From an uncultured bacterium (GTDB lineage Bacteria; Planctomycetota; UBA1135; GCA-002686595): DNA of 64,000 bases. The DNA is taken from positions 288,001 to 352,000 of the forward strand of contig CALSNU010000004.1 of assembly GCA_943787795.1 (NCBI GenBank). The letters run 5' to 3'. The position numbers and the translations under genes are program-made. Every line of letters begins with the position of its first letter. Position 1 is the stretch's first letter. Shown one piece after another: positions 9,562 to 18,823 of the stretch. The notes under the pieces were generated by a model. That model did not search any database, was not told the DNA's origin, and was given only the letters and a program-made list of their open reading frames with translations.

Positions 9562-9864
9562 TCAGCGCTCCCGGCCCCCCTCTTCGGAGTCGATGAACTT
9601 GAAGCCCAACCCCGCCTTGCCCCCCGGCAGCGACTGAGAGCGAACCAGCTGGACCCGGCGTGTGCGGGCCTCACCCTGCAGCTTGATCTCGAACTCGAGA
9701 CCACGGTCCACAACGGCGAAGAGCCCGCCCGTTGAGACGTTCTCGACCGTCAATTCGAGCGGGCCGGCAGCAGGGAAGAGCGCCGCGGGCTCGCAGAGGC
9801 CCCCTCGTCGTTCATCGCGCCGCTCTTCCGCCGCGGTGGGCCGATTTCCTTCTGAGCTGTTCAT
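9562..9864 (-). CDS. Stand-alone PilZ domain protein
   Basis: RxxxR (ERRDERR) and NxSxGG (ENVSTGGL) c-di-GMP-binding motifs; C-terminal GLGFKF strand. Confidence 0.75.
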   Translation of the reverse strand: MNSSEGNRPTAAEERRDERRGGLCEPAALFPAAGPLELTVENVSTGGLFAVVDRGLEFEIKLQGEARTRRVQLVRSQSLPGGKAGLGFKFIDSEEGGRER

Positions 9865-10350
9865 GGTGACACGCGCTGCGGGAAACCACTCGGGCGTCCA
9901 CGCTTAGGATCTATCGTCCGTCGAAATGCAGGCGCTTGAGCCTCGCCCCCCGGCGGAACCAAAGGGGCTTTGCCGCAGCCCTCTGAAGCCCAAGATTGAG
10001 ACCGTGCGACCCGGTAAGCACCCCCGTTAGGGCGACTGCGGGCCCCTCGCCACCGGGTCCCGACCTCTGCCGGCCACGCCGGTCGACCCGCGCCAACTCG
10101 ACCCGAGCACCAGCGCTCTCGAACCGGCCTGGATTGGACCGGCAGGAGCCAGCCCTTGCCTGCCCCCGCGAGATCGAAACGGGCTGCTCACCCGTACCCG
10201 AACCTTCGCAACGTGCCCCACAGCGCCCGAAGGGTAAGACAGTCGCTGGGGTGTAGACGGGGCAGCCCCAGGCCCCACAGCTTCGCGCTTCCACCCGGCC
10301 AACAGCGCGAGATCCTCGCGCCTGGCTCGCGGCCCCGATGAGCCCGAGCG

Positions 10351-10560
10351 AATTCGACGGTGTCAATTCGACGGTGTCAATTCGACGGTGCCAATTCGAC
10401 GGTGCCAATTCGACGATGCCAATCCGACCGGGCCTACTCGACCGGGCCTATTCGAACGGGCCTACTCGGCCGGGCCTACTCGGCCGGGCCAGTTCGACCG
10501 AGCCTTCTCGAATGGGCCTTCTCGAATGGGCCTTCTCGAATGGGCCTGCTCGAATAGGCC
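10351..10560. repeat. 15 x 14-bp tandem repeat with progressive sequence drift
   Basis: Contiguous 14-bp units changing from AATTCGACGGTGTC through TACTCGGCCGGGCC to TTCTCGAATGGGCC. Confidence 0.9.
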
Positions 10561-10604
10561 AAGCAGGCAGGATCAATCAGGCAGGGTCGATCAAGGGCGG
10601 CCGA

Positions 10605-11933
10605 TCAGAAGGAGCCGCGCAGCCGCGCGATCACTTCCGCGCGCGGGACCTCGACCCCCTCCTTCGCGCGGAGATCCTTGACCTGGCAGGTCCCGGCCTC
10701 GAACTCAGTACTGCCCGCGATCACGGCGAAGGCGAAGCCACGTCGGTCGGCGTATTTGAGCTGCGCCCCGAGCTTCCTGGGCTCCGGATACAGCTCGACC
10801 CCGATCCCCGCGGCGCGCAGCTCCTCTGCGAAGGCGAGGTAGTCACCGAGCCGGTCGCCCTCGAGCATGGGCATGAAGACCGGGCACGGAGCCGCCTGCG
10901 CCTCGATCATCCCGAGCTCCTCCATCGCAGCGAGCAGGCGGTCGACCCCCAGGGAGGCGCCGACCCCCGGCAGGTGCTGCTTGGTATAGACCGTCGCAAG
11001 GTCGTCGTATCGACCCCCGGAGCAGCAGCTCCCGATCCCCGGGAGGTCGTCGAGGAAGGTCTCGAAGATCGCCCCCGTGTAGTAATCCAGACCACGGGCG
11101 ATGGACGGATCCAACTTGATCCGATCCAAGGGGATCCCGGCGGCGGCCGCCGCCTCGAAGAGCCCGGCGAGCCCGCTGTGCCCCGCGGCCCCAACGTCCG
11201 AGCCCGAGACGAGGGGTTCGATCGCCTCCAGCAACTCCCCCGGAGCCCCCTTCAGCTGAGCGAACTGGAGGACCGCGCTGACCTGCGAGTCCGAGAGCCC
11301 AGCCCCTTCCTTGAGCTCCGCGCCCACCGCCTCCGCTCCGGCTTTGTCCAGCTTGTCGAGGATGCGAAGGACCGTGGCCTGGCGCTCCACCAGATCGATC
11401 GACTCGAGCAGCCCGGTCAGCAGGCGGCGGTCGTTGATCCGGATCGTGAAGCGCTCGAAGCCGATCGCGGAAAAGAGGTCGTGGATCACGAGCGCGGCCT
11501 CGACATCACTCGCCGCGCTGGTCGTCCCGATCGTGTCGAAGTCGCACTGGATGAACTCCCGGTAGCGGCCGCGCTGCGTGTTCTCACCTCGCCAGACCGG
11601 CCCGACGTGATAGCGCTTGAAGGGGGTGCCCAGCGAGCCGATGTGCTGCGCGGCGAAGCGCGCGAAGGGCACGGTCAGGTCAAACCGCATGCCGACGTCG
11701 CGGCCGCCGTGATCCGTGAACCGGTACATCTGCTTGTCCGACTCGGCTCCCCCCTTGCCGAGCAGCACCTCCGTGTACTCGAGCGCGGGGGTGTCGATCG
11801 GGCTGAAACCAAATGACCGGTACACGCCCTTGGCCGTGTCGATCAGCCGCTCACGGGGGATCATCGCCGCGGGGAGGAAGTCGCGGAAGCCCTTGAGGGT
11901 CCGCGGCTGGATCAGCTGGTTCTTGCTGGACAT
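10605..11933 (-). CDS. hisS: Histidine--tRNA ligase
   Basis: KGFRDF, RFDLTVPFARF, WRGENTQRGRYREFIQCDFD, ARGLDYYTG, SGGRYDDL, and anticodon-binding domain (QLKYADRRG). Confidence 0.97.
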   Translation of the reverse strand: MSSKNQLIQPRTLKGFRDFLPAAMIPRERLIDTAKGVYRSFGFSPIDTPALEYTEVLLGKGGAESDKQMYRFTDHGGRDVGMRFDLTVPFARFAAQHIGSLGTPFKRYHVGPVWRGENTQRGRYREFIQCDFDTIGTTSAASDVEAALVIHDLFSAIGFERFTIRINDRRLLTGLLESIDLVERQATVLRILDKLDKAGAEAVGAELKEGAGLSDSQVSAVLQFAQLKGAPGELLEAIEPLVSGSDVGAAGHSGLAGLFEAAAAAGIPLDRIKLDPSIARGLDYYTGAIFETFLDDLPGIGSCCSGGRYDDLATVYTKQHLPGVGASLGVDRLLAAMEELGMIEAQAAPCPVFMPMLEGDRLGDYLAFAEELRAAGIGVELYPEPRKLGAQLKYADRRGFAFAVIAGSTEFEAGTCQVKDLRAKEGVEVPRAEVIARLRGSF

Positions 11934-12019
11934 GTCTGGGAGGTGGAGGGGTGCGGCGGGAGATTAGCAGCCCCGAGAACGCGGTCGCCGGAATTAGCCG
12001 CCGTAGGGCGCGGAATCCC

Positions 12020-13309
12020 TTACTGAACGACCGCGCCGCTCTTGATGACTCGCTGGACCGGATTGCGCCCGAGCTCGTAGGTCAGGTGGGAGTGGTTGGG
12101 CAAGTCCGTCAGCACGAGGTCAGCGCGCTTGCCGACCTCCACGGATCCCAGCTCGCCCCCCAGGCCGAGGCTACATGCAGCGTTCAGGGTTGTCCCCGTC
12201 AGCGCTTCCGCAGCGCTCATGCCGTAGCGGAGAGCGGCCCAGCTCATGACCTCGAAGAGGCTCATGCAGTAGCAAGAGCCCGGGTTGAAGTCGGTGGAGA
12301 GCGCCGGCGCGCAGCCCGCCTCGATCATCCTCCTCGCGGGTGCCTCCTGGGCCTCCCCGAGATAGAGCGGAACCAGGGGGCAAAGCACCGGCTGGACCCC
12401 GCGCTCCGCCAGCGCGGCGATGCCGTGCTCGGAGACGTGCTCAAGGTGATCCGCGCTCGAGGCGCCGAGCTCTGCGGCGAGCTCGGCCCCACCGAGGGAG
12501 GTCAGCTGGTCCACGTGCATCCGGATCCCGAGCCCCTGCTCTCGCGCGGACTCCATCAACCGCCGGGACGCGTCCAGGCCGAAGACGTGACTCTCGGTGA
12601 AGACGTCGGCGAACGAGGCCTTGGCGGCCGCCGCAGGCCAGAGCTCCGCGCAGACCACTTCGATCCAGTCGCCCGGACGCCCCTTGAACTCCGGCGGCAC
12701 GTCATGCCCGCCCAGGCAGGTGGGCACGAGTTCCACGGCGTGCACCTGGTTGGCCGCAGCGATGACGTCGAGGCCCTTGAGCTCGTCGGCGACCGTGAGC
12801 CCGTAGCCTGTCTTGGCCTCGATGGTGGTGGTTCCGAGCTTGAGGAAGCGATCCAGCCGCGGCATCAAGACCTCGACCAGCAGCTGCTCGGTGCTCGCCC
12901 GGACCCCCTCAAGGCTCGAGCGTATCCCGCCCCCAGCGGCCGCGATCTCCACGTAGCTGAGCCCCCCGACTCGCTGCTCGAATTCGCCCTCACGGGTCCC
13001 GAGGAAGACCGGGTGGGTGTGGGCGTCCACGAGTCCGGGAATCGCCAGCCCGCCCCCGGCGTCGATCCGTTCCCGCCCACGGAACCTGGCCGCGATCTGA
13101 GCCTCGTCACCGATGGCGACGAAGCGCCCGCCATCGCAGGCCACCGCGACGTCACGGCGTGTGGACAGCTGCCCCATCGCTCCCCCCGCTCGAGGCAGCC
13201 GGCCCTCCGGAGTCGCCAGCTCTCCGATGCCCACCACGAGGAGATCCACCTCCTTCAGCGGCTCTTCTCGGCGCTCATCTCCCGCGGCCGTTCTCGCCTG
13301 ATCACTCAT
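12020..13309 (-). CDS. hutI: Imidazolonepropionase
   Basis: PGLVDAHTHPVF, GGGIRSS, GTTTIEAKTGYGL, MHVDQL, SADHLE and STDFNPGS motifs. Confidence 0.95.
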   Translation of the reverse strand: MSDQARTAAGDERREEPLKEVDLLVVGIGELATPEGRLPRAGGAMGQLSTRRDVAVACDGGRFVAIGDEAQIAARFRGRERIDAGGGLAIPGLVDAHTHPVFLGTREGEFEQRVGGLSYVEIAAAGGGIRSSLEGVRASTEQLLVEVLMPRLDRFLKLGTTTIEAKTGYGLTVADELKGLDVIAAANQVHAVELVPTCLGGHDVPPEFKGRPGDWIEVVCAELWPAAAAKASFADVFTESHVFGLDASRRLMESAREQGLGIRMHVDQLTSLGGAELAAELGASSADHLEHVSEHGIAALAERGVQPVLCPLVPLYLGEAQEAPARRMIEAGCAPALSTDFNPGSCYCMSLFEVMSWAALRYGMSAAEALTGTTLNAACSLGLGGELGSVEVGKRADLVLTDLPNHSHLTYELGRNPVQRVIKSGAVVQ

Positions 13310-13407
13310 GGGGCACCAGACTACGGAAAGGCCCGAGGGAACCGACCCCCCAGGCCACAGATCACGCCGTCACCCTGGAGGCGCCCCCCCAGGGAAGAGA
13401 TCCCGGC

Positions 13408-14125
13408 TCAGGCGATCAGTCGGGCCCGATGGCCCACCTGCTCCACCGGCCCTTCAACCGAAGAGTTCGCCGGGGCACCAAGGGCGGAGTTGACGAGCCC
13501 CTGGAGGCGCTTGCGGGCCCGGAAGACGACCATCTTCGTGTTGGAAGGCTCGGTGCCCAGGAACGCGCCCAACTCAGCGTAGGAACGGCCCTCGACCTCC
13601 ACCATTCGCAGCGCGGCCTGGTCACGCTCGGACAGACGCTCGAAGCACGCGGCGTAGTGCACGAGGAGCAGGGCCAGCCCTGAGCGGGCGGTCGTCGCCA
13701 TCTCGTCCAGGGACGCCGCTGCGGAGGGCTCGAGGCGGCCGTCTCCCCGCTCCTGCGCGCGCTCGCCAATCTCACTCTCCAGGACCGGGCGTCGTGCACG
13801 GGCCCGCCGCGTGCGGCGCAGCGCGTTGCCCGCGATGGTCCGCGCCCAGGCACGGAACCCGCCCGGCGCGGCGGACTTGAACGAGCCCGCGTAGCGATAG
13901 ATGTTCAAGAAGGCGTCCTGGAGCGTCTCCCGAGGGTCCCCCCCCGTGGAGGCGCTGAGCGTGGAGCCGGGTGATCCAGGTGAGCAGCCCAGGGGCCGCT
14001 GCTCGGTAGAGCGCCTCGAAGGAGCGGTGATCGCCCTTGGCCTGGAAGGCCACCATCAACTCGGTCTCTTGTTGCGCCTGAGAGAGCGGGCACGCGGTCG
14101 CCACAGCTGCGGATTGGATAGCCAT
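13408..14125 (-). CDS. ECF RNA polymerase sigma-70 factor, apparent +1 frameshift in a G8 run (C8 at 13938-13945 on +)
   Basis: Removing one G joins ORF 13772..14125 (GDHRSFEALY) to ORF 13408..13908, giving DPRETLQDAFLNIYR...FRAWARTIAGN (region 2) and LSERDQ...SYAELG...KMVVFRARKRL (region 4). Confidence 0.8.
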
Positions 14126-14554
14126 CAGGCACCCTTAGGCGAGCGCCGTGCCAGGGCGCGAACAGGCCGCCCGATCTTCGACCTAAGAGTCTACACATGA
14201 GCAACTAAGGACGGATCCATCCGGACCCATCGGATCGTTCTACGCTGAGTGGCGTTCCGTCCTCGTAACGACCTCGGCCTGGCCTGTGACCCTCTGTCGC
14301 GCCAGGTTCCGGGGATCCAAGAGTTCGCTCCCCCTGCCCCAAGCGCTCCCCCCTCAGATTGGCCCTGGCTCGACCCTCGCGCTTATGATCGCGGATCCGG
14401 CCGACCACCGCGCATTCCATTGCCCAGCTCCCTCTCTTCTCCCGACGCCGAGCTCGATCTCGAGCCTCCGCCAGCCGAGGCCTGGACCGTCTCCGTGGGG
14501 CCCCACGCGAGCGCCCTTGAGGCCGGCCCCGTCGCGGTCGCCTGGCCCTATCCC

Positions 14555-15913
14555 ATGGCGGGCCCCCTGAGCCTCCTCGCGCTCCTCCTCGGCGCAGGCT
14601 TGCTCGCCATGCTGGCAGAGGCCATCGAGCGCGCTGTCCCCCGCGCTGGTTCGTCGGGCGATGACGACCTGCCGCTGGATCCGATGGCGGACTACGTCGA
14701 GCGGCGCGAGTCGCTCGGCGCCTCCGCCAGCCTTGGCGCTCAGCTGTGCCGGGTCGCCGCCACGCTGGTGCTCCTGTCGCTGCTGACCGAGCCCGCACGA
14801 TGGACCGTGACCGAGGCCGCCGTCCTCACGCTGGTCCTCGGCGCGCCGCTCCTTCACCTGACCACGCAGACGCTCCCCGCCGCGCTCGCCGGCTCGCGTG
14901 GGGACGCCCTCCTGCGAGCCGTCCTGCCGTGGTTCGCGCGACTGTCCGCCCCCATGCTCCCCCTGGTGGGCCTCCTGCGCATCATCCGCCGGGCCATCCT
15001 CCGAGGAGTCCGATCCTCGGAGGCCGACGAGGGCACGCGCCGCATGGTCGAGGGCTTCCGCGCCATGGTCGAGAGTGCCGAGTTTGACGGCGACCTCGCG
15101 GCCGAAACACGGGAGCTGATCGCCAACGCCATCGAGTTCGGCGAGGTGGACGCGGCTGAGGTAATGACCCCGCGCACCGAGATCTTCGCCATCGAAGAGG
15201 ACGCGGCCCTCTCGGACGCGGTCGCCGTGTTCGCCAGCGCGAGCTTCTCCCGGATCCCCGTGTACGAGGGCACCATCGACACGATCATTGGCACCCTCAC
15301 AGCGCTGGAGGCCGCCAAAGCCGTCGCTGAGGGGCGCCTGGAGACCACCCGCATTCGCGACATCATGCGGCCCCCCCTGCTCGTCCCCGAGACCGTCCGG
15401 GTCCCCGACCTGCTGAACCAGTTCCGGGCGAACCGCCAGAAGATGGCCATCGTCGTGGATGAGTACGGGGGAACCGCTGGACTCGTCACGCTTGCCGACG
15501 TGGTCTCCGAGATCGTGGGGCACGTCAGCGACGAGTACGAGGAGGAGAACACCGCGTTCCGCAAGCTCGACAGCGGCGCGGTGGAGGCTGATGCCAGCCT
15601 CCACGTCTCCGATGTCAACGAGGCGCTCGACCTCGAGATACCCGAAGAATCCGACTACGAGACTCTCGGCGGGTTCGTGCTCTCGGAGGTTGGCCGCTTC
15701 CCGTCCTCCGGAGAGAGCTTCACCTCGAATGGCGTCACCTTTCGGGTCAGCGAGGCCAGCGATCGCCGCGTCCTGCGGGTCGTGATGGAACGGCCCGGGG
15801 GCCTCGAGCTGCGCCGCGAGCCCGGAGCTCCCTCCCCATCGCCACGCCTCGCCCCATCGACGTCTCGAGGCCGCGCCGGCAAGGACGAGGGACTCGAGCG
15901 CCGCGGCGCCTGA
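14555..15913 (+). CDS. Hemolysin/CNNM-family protein (TM domain + CBS pair + CorC/HlyC domain)
   Basis: Hydrophobic N-terminal half; EVMTPR, FSRIPVY, MAIVVDEYGGTAGLVTLADV and DYETLGGF. Start uncertain; the frame is open from 14249. Confidence 0.85.
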   Translation: MAGPLSLLALLLGAGLLAMLAEAIERAVPRAGSSGDDDLPLDPMADYVERRESLGASASLGAQLCRVAATLVLLSLLTEPARWTVTEAAVLTLVLGAPLLHLTTQTLPAALAGSRGDALLRAVLPWFARLSAPMLPLVGLLRIIRRAILRGVRSSEADEGTRRMVEGFRAMVESAEFDGDLAAETRELIANAIEFGEVDAAEVMTPRTEIFAIEEDAALSDAVAVFASASFSRIPVYEGTIDTIIGTLTALEAAKAVAEGRLETTRIRDIMRPPLLVPETVRVPDLLNQFRANRQKMAIVVDEYGGTAGLVTLADVVSEIVGHVSDEYEEENTAFRKLDSGAVEADASLHVSDVNEALDLEIPEESDYETLGGFVLSEVGRFPSSGESFTSNGVTFRVSEASDRRVLRVVMERPGGLELRREPGAPSPSPRLAPSTSRGRAGKDEGLERRGA

Positions 15914-15926
15914 GCCCCACCACCCC

Positions 15927-16784
15927 ATGCCCCGCTCACGCTCCGTCAGTCGTCGTCCGGCCTCGCGCGCCAGCGACCGGGGAATCATGCTGCGTCGGAC
16001 GCCCTTCGGAGAGACCTCCCTGGTCGTCCACGTCCTGACACCCAACCACGGGCGGGTCGAGCTCATGGCGAAGGGCGCCCACCGTCCGCGCTCGAGGTTC
16101 TTCGGCGTCCTCGACTGGTTCGACACGCTCGAGTTGTCCTGGGTCCGACGTGGTGACTCCGAGCTCGGCACGCTACGCGAGGGAGAGCTTCACATCCGGC
16201 GGCGCCAGCTGACGCGGTCGCTGCGGAGCTATCGCGCCGCCCAGACGGTCGTCGAGCTCGCCGACCTCGTCACACGAGCTGGGTTCTCGGACCGTGAGCA
16301 GTTCGCGCTGGCTGAGGGTGCGCTCGACGCGCTCGACCGCGCCCAAGGTCCCCCCTCCGCCCTGCTGGCTGGCTTCGAGCTGAAGCTGCTGGAGCAGCTC
16401 GGGCTCGCGCCAGCTCTGGTCACCTGCGCCACCTGCGGCGCGCCGGCCGCGGCCGTGGACCCCGGCTCCGTGGAGCCCAGAGCCCCCTTCTCCACGGCTG
16501 TTGGAGGCCGCCTCTGCCCGATCCACGCGAACGAGGCTCACGCCTCGGGACTCCGCGTCGGTACCCTCCCGGTCTCCATCCTCGAATCTGCCCAGCTCGC
16601 CCTCAGCGCTCCTCTCGAGGAGCTCGACCGAGCCGGATGGCCCACGGATCGCTCGATCCGCGTTCTGGACTTCGCTGGCCGATTCCTGGATCACCACCTG
16701 GAGGCACGACCCAAGAGCCACGCTCGCTTCCTGGCGGCGCCAGATCGAAACCGACGCCCCGCATCACGCCCCGACGCCCCTTGA
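15927..16784 (+). CDS. recO: DNA repair protein RecO
   Basis: GIMLRRTPFGETSLVVHVLT..HGRVELMAKGA OB fold; FELKLLEQLG.AP; CATCG and GGRLCPIH zinc site. Confidence 0.88.
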   Translation: MPRSRSVSRRPASRASDRGIMLRRTPFGETSLVVHVLTPNHGRVELMAKGAHRPRSRFFGVLDWFDTLELSWVRRGDSELGTLREGELHIRRRQLTRSLRSYRAAQTVVELADLVTRAGFSDREQFALAEGALDALDRAQGPPSALLAGFELKLLEQLGLAPALVTCATCGAPAAAVDPGSVEPRAPFSTAVGGRLCPIHANEAHASGLRVGTLPVSILESAQLALSAPLEELDRAGWPTDRSIRVLDFAGRFLDHHLEARPKSHARFLAAPDRNRRPASRPDAP

Positions 16785-18047
16785 CGCCCCCCATCACCAC
16801 AAAGTCCCCCTTGCTGCCCGGCCTCGCACTCCTCGCGCTCGCCAGCTGCAGCTCGAGCCCGATCGCCTCGGTGTCTCCCATGGACCCCGACCAGGTCCCG
16901 GCGACGCTCATGGCCGCGCAAGCCTCGACAGCCGACCAGCTGGCAGATGGGCAGCTGGTGGACACCGTCGCGGACCTGCTCTCGGCGAACAAGGCCCGTG
17001 GACTCGACACGCGGACCCGGGTGGAGGTTCGCACCGCGCTCGAGCTCTACGCCCAGGAGCTCGCGGACCGCGGTGAGAACCCGCGAGCCCTCGAGGACCT
17101 CTCGGAGACCGACCTGCCTGCCCGGATCTCCGTGCCGGCTGGGATTCGTTCCGCGACCCTCTACCTCGCCCGTGAGGATCGCAAGGACGCGTTCAAGACG
17201 ATCAAGAAGCTCGACACCCGGTACCCGTCCCACGGTCTCCGTGACGAGGCCGGCGACTTGCTCATGGAGATCGGCAACAGCTACTACTTCGACAAGCGTC
17301 GCAAGTTCTTCCTGTTCCCCTACTCGAGCAACGCGCCGCAGGTCTACGAGTACTTGAGCACGGAGTACCCCAAGCACCCCGAGACCGATGACGCGCTGAA
17401 TCGGCTGGCCGATACCTACGCCAAGAACCGGCAGTACAGCTTCGCCATCGAGAAGCGCGAGAACCTCATCCTCTGGTGCCGGGACTCTCCCTATCGAATT
17501 GCAAGCGAGGCCGCGGTGCCGGAACTCCGTCTCGCCGCGCTCGATGGGCCGGAGTACGACCGAGCCGCCATGTTGATCGCCCTCACGGAGCTGGAGACCT
17601 GGATCTCGAGGTACCCCCGACAACGAGCTGCGCCCTGACGTGGAGAGGACCATGATCGACTGCCTGCAGCGCCTCGCCGATAACGACATGGTCGTCGCCC
17701 GCTTCTACCGCACCGTCCTGAGCGCAACGGGCGCACGCCAGCACGCTGCCCGGGCGCTGGAGTTCGCGAAGCGAGCGGGGAACCCGGAGCAGCTGGAGGA
17801 GATCCGGACGTTCCTCGCAGCCGTCGATGAGATCGAGTCTCTCGGGCCGCCGAGGGAGATCACCCAGGGAGCGGAGTTCGAGGGCATCCTCCCGCTCGGC
17901 GCTGAGTTCGACCAGCTGGGACCCGCCGAGTTGGCGCCCGGCTCCGAGACGCCGGAGGCCGACCGAAGAAAGCGCGACGTCGACCAGAGCGATGAGTCCC
18001 CGCCTGCTCCTGCCTCCAGCTCGGAGAGCAGCGGAGGGACGCTGTGA
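16781..18047 (+). CDS. BamD/YfiO-like TPR lipoprotein, apparent +1 frameshift in a C5 run (17614-17618)
   Basis: Lipobox LALASC; repeated TPR-like YP motifs. Deleting one C gives ...SRYPDNELRPDVERTMIDCLQRLADNDMVVARFY, resembling the BamD C-terminus, and joins ORFs 16637..17638 and 17640..18047. Confidence 0.7.
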
Positions 18048-18619
18048 GCTCCGTGCGACGGCGCCTGTCGGCTCTCCTTGTCCTCGTTGCTGGCCTGGTC
18101 CCCGGCGCAGGCCTGGCCCTCAGCGCTGGCCTGCTCGGGGGGTGCGGATATCAGACGGGCCTGAGCCCGACGATGCCCGACGGCCGCACCGCCGAGTCGA
18201 TCGGTATCGAGATCTTCGGCAACGAGAGCCTGCTACCGAATCTCGAGCAGCCCCTGCACGCCGCCACGACCAAGTCCGCACGCCGCTTCCTGGACCTCGA
18301 GCTCCGCTCCCCCGGCCGCAGCGACCTGGTCCTGCGGGGATCGATCAAGGACTTCCAGCGACTGCCCGGCGCTCGGACCCCCGACAACCTCTTCGTCGAG
18401 ACCAGGGATGTGATCGTGATCGAGGCGACCCTCGTGGATCGCGCGCGGGGCGTGGAGCTCGGGACCACCGTCGTGGAGACGGTCGTTGGGTCCGCTATCG
18501 ACATCCCCGGCCGAGAGCCCGTGCAGCGCGAGCGCGCCCTCAAGGTCGCCGCGGACCAGATCGTGCTCTCACTCGTCGCCGAGCTGCAGTATCGCGACAC
18601 CCCACCACCCCTGGACTGA
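18044..18619 (+). CDS. LptE-like lipoprotein
   Basis: Lipobox LLGGCGY; IEIFGNES..PNLE, DLVLRGSI and terminal helix ALKVAADQIV; follows the BamD-like gene with a GTGA overlap. Confidence 0.65.
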   Translation: MSSVRRRLSALLVLVAGLVPGAGLALSAGLLGGCGYQTGLSPTMPDGRTAESIGIEIFGNESLLPNLEQPLHAATTKSARRFLDLELRSPGRSDLVLRGSIKDFQRLPGARTPDNLFVETRDVIVIEATLVDRARGVELGTTVVETVVGSAIDIPGREPVQRERALKVAADQIVLSLVAELQYRDTPPPLD

Positions 18620-18630
18620 CCTCCCGTAAG

Positions 18631-18650
18631 CCCCCGATGAAGATCGGGGG
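18631..18650 (+). terminator. Hairpin downstream of the lptE-like gene
   Basis: CCCCCGAT-GAAG-ATCGGGGG perfect 8-bp stem; no clear U-tract. Confidence 0.4.
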
Positions 18651-18823
18651 TCAACGCAGAGGCGCTGGCCCCGATGGCCTACACTGCTCCGAGCACGTCG
18701 ACCATTCCGCTCTGCCGGCCCTGAAGGGCCATCGCGGGCGCTTCCAGCTTCCCAGGCACGTCTCTCGCGTCCTGGCGGTTTCAGGGGCTGGAGAATCACT
18801 GACGACGGGCCGATAACCAAGCT

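Noticed and set aside
9865..10350. Possible c-di-GMP riboswitch upstream of the PilZ gene
   Set aside because: Some hairpins and a GCAAAG string exist, but I could not match the class I or II consensus; an Infernal scan would be needed.
10351..10560. Possible CRISPR array
   Set aside because: Units are contiguous 14-mers without unique spacers, and no cas genes are present.
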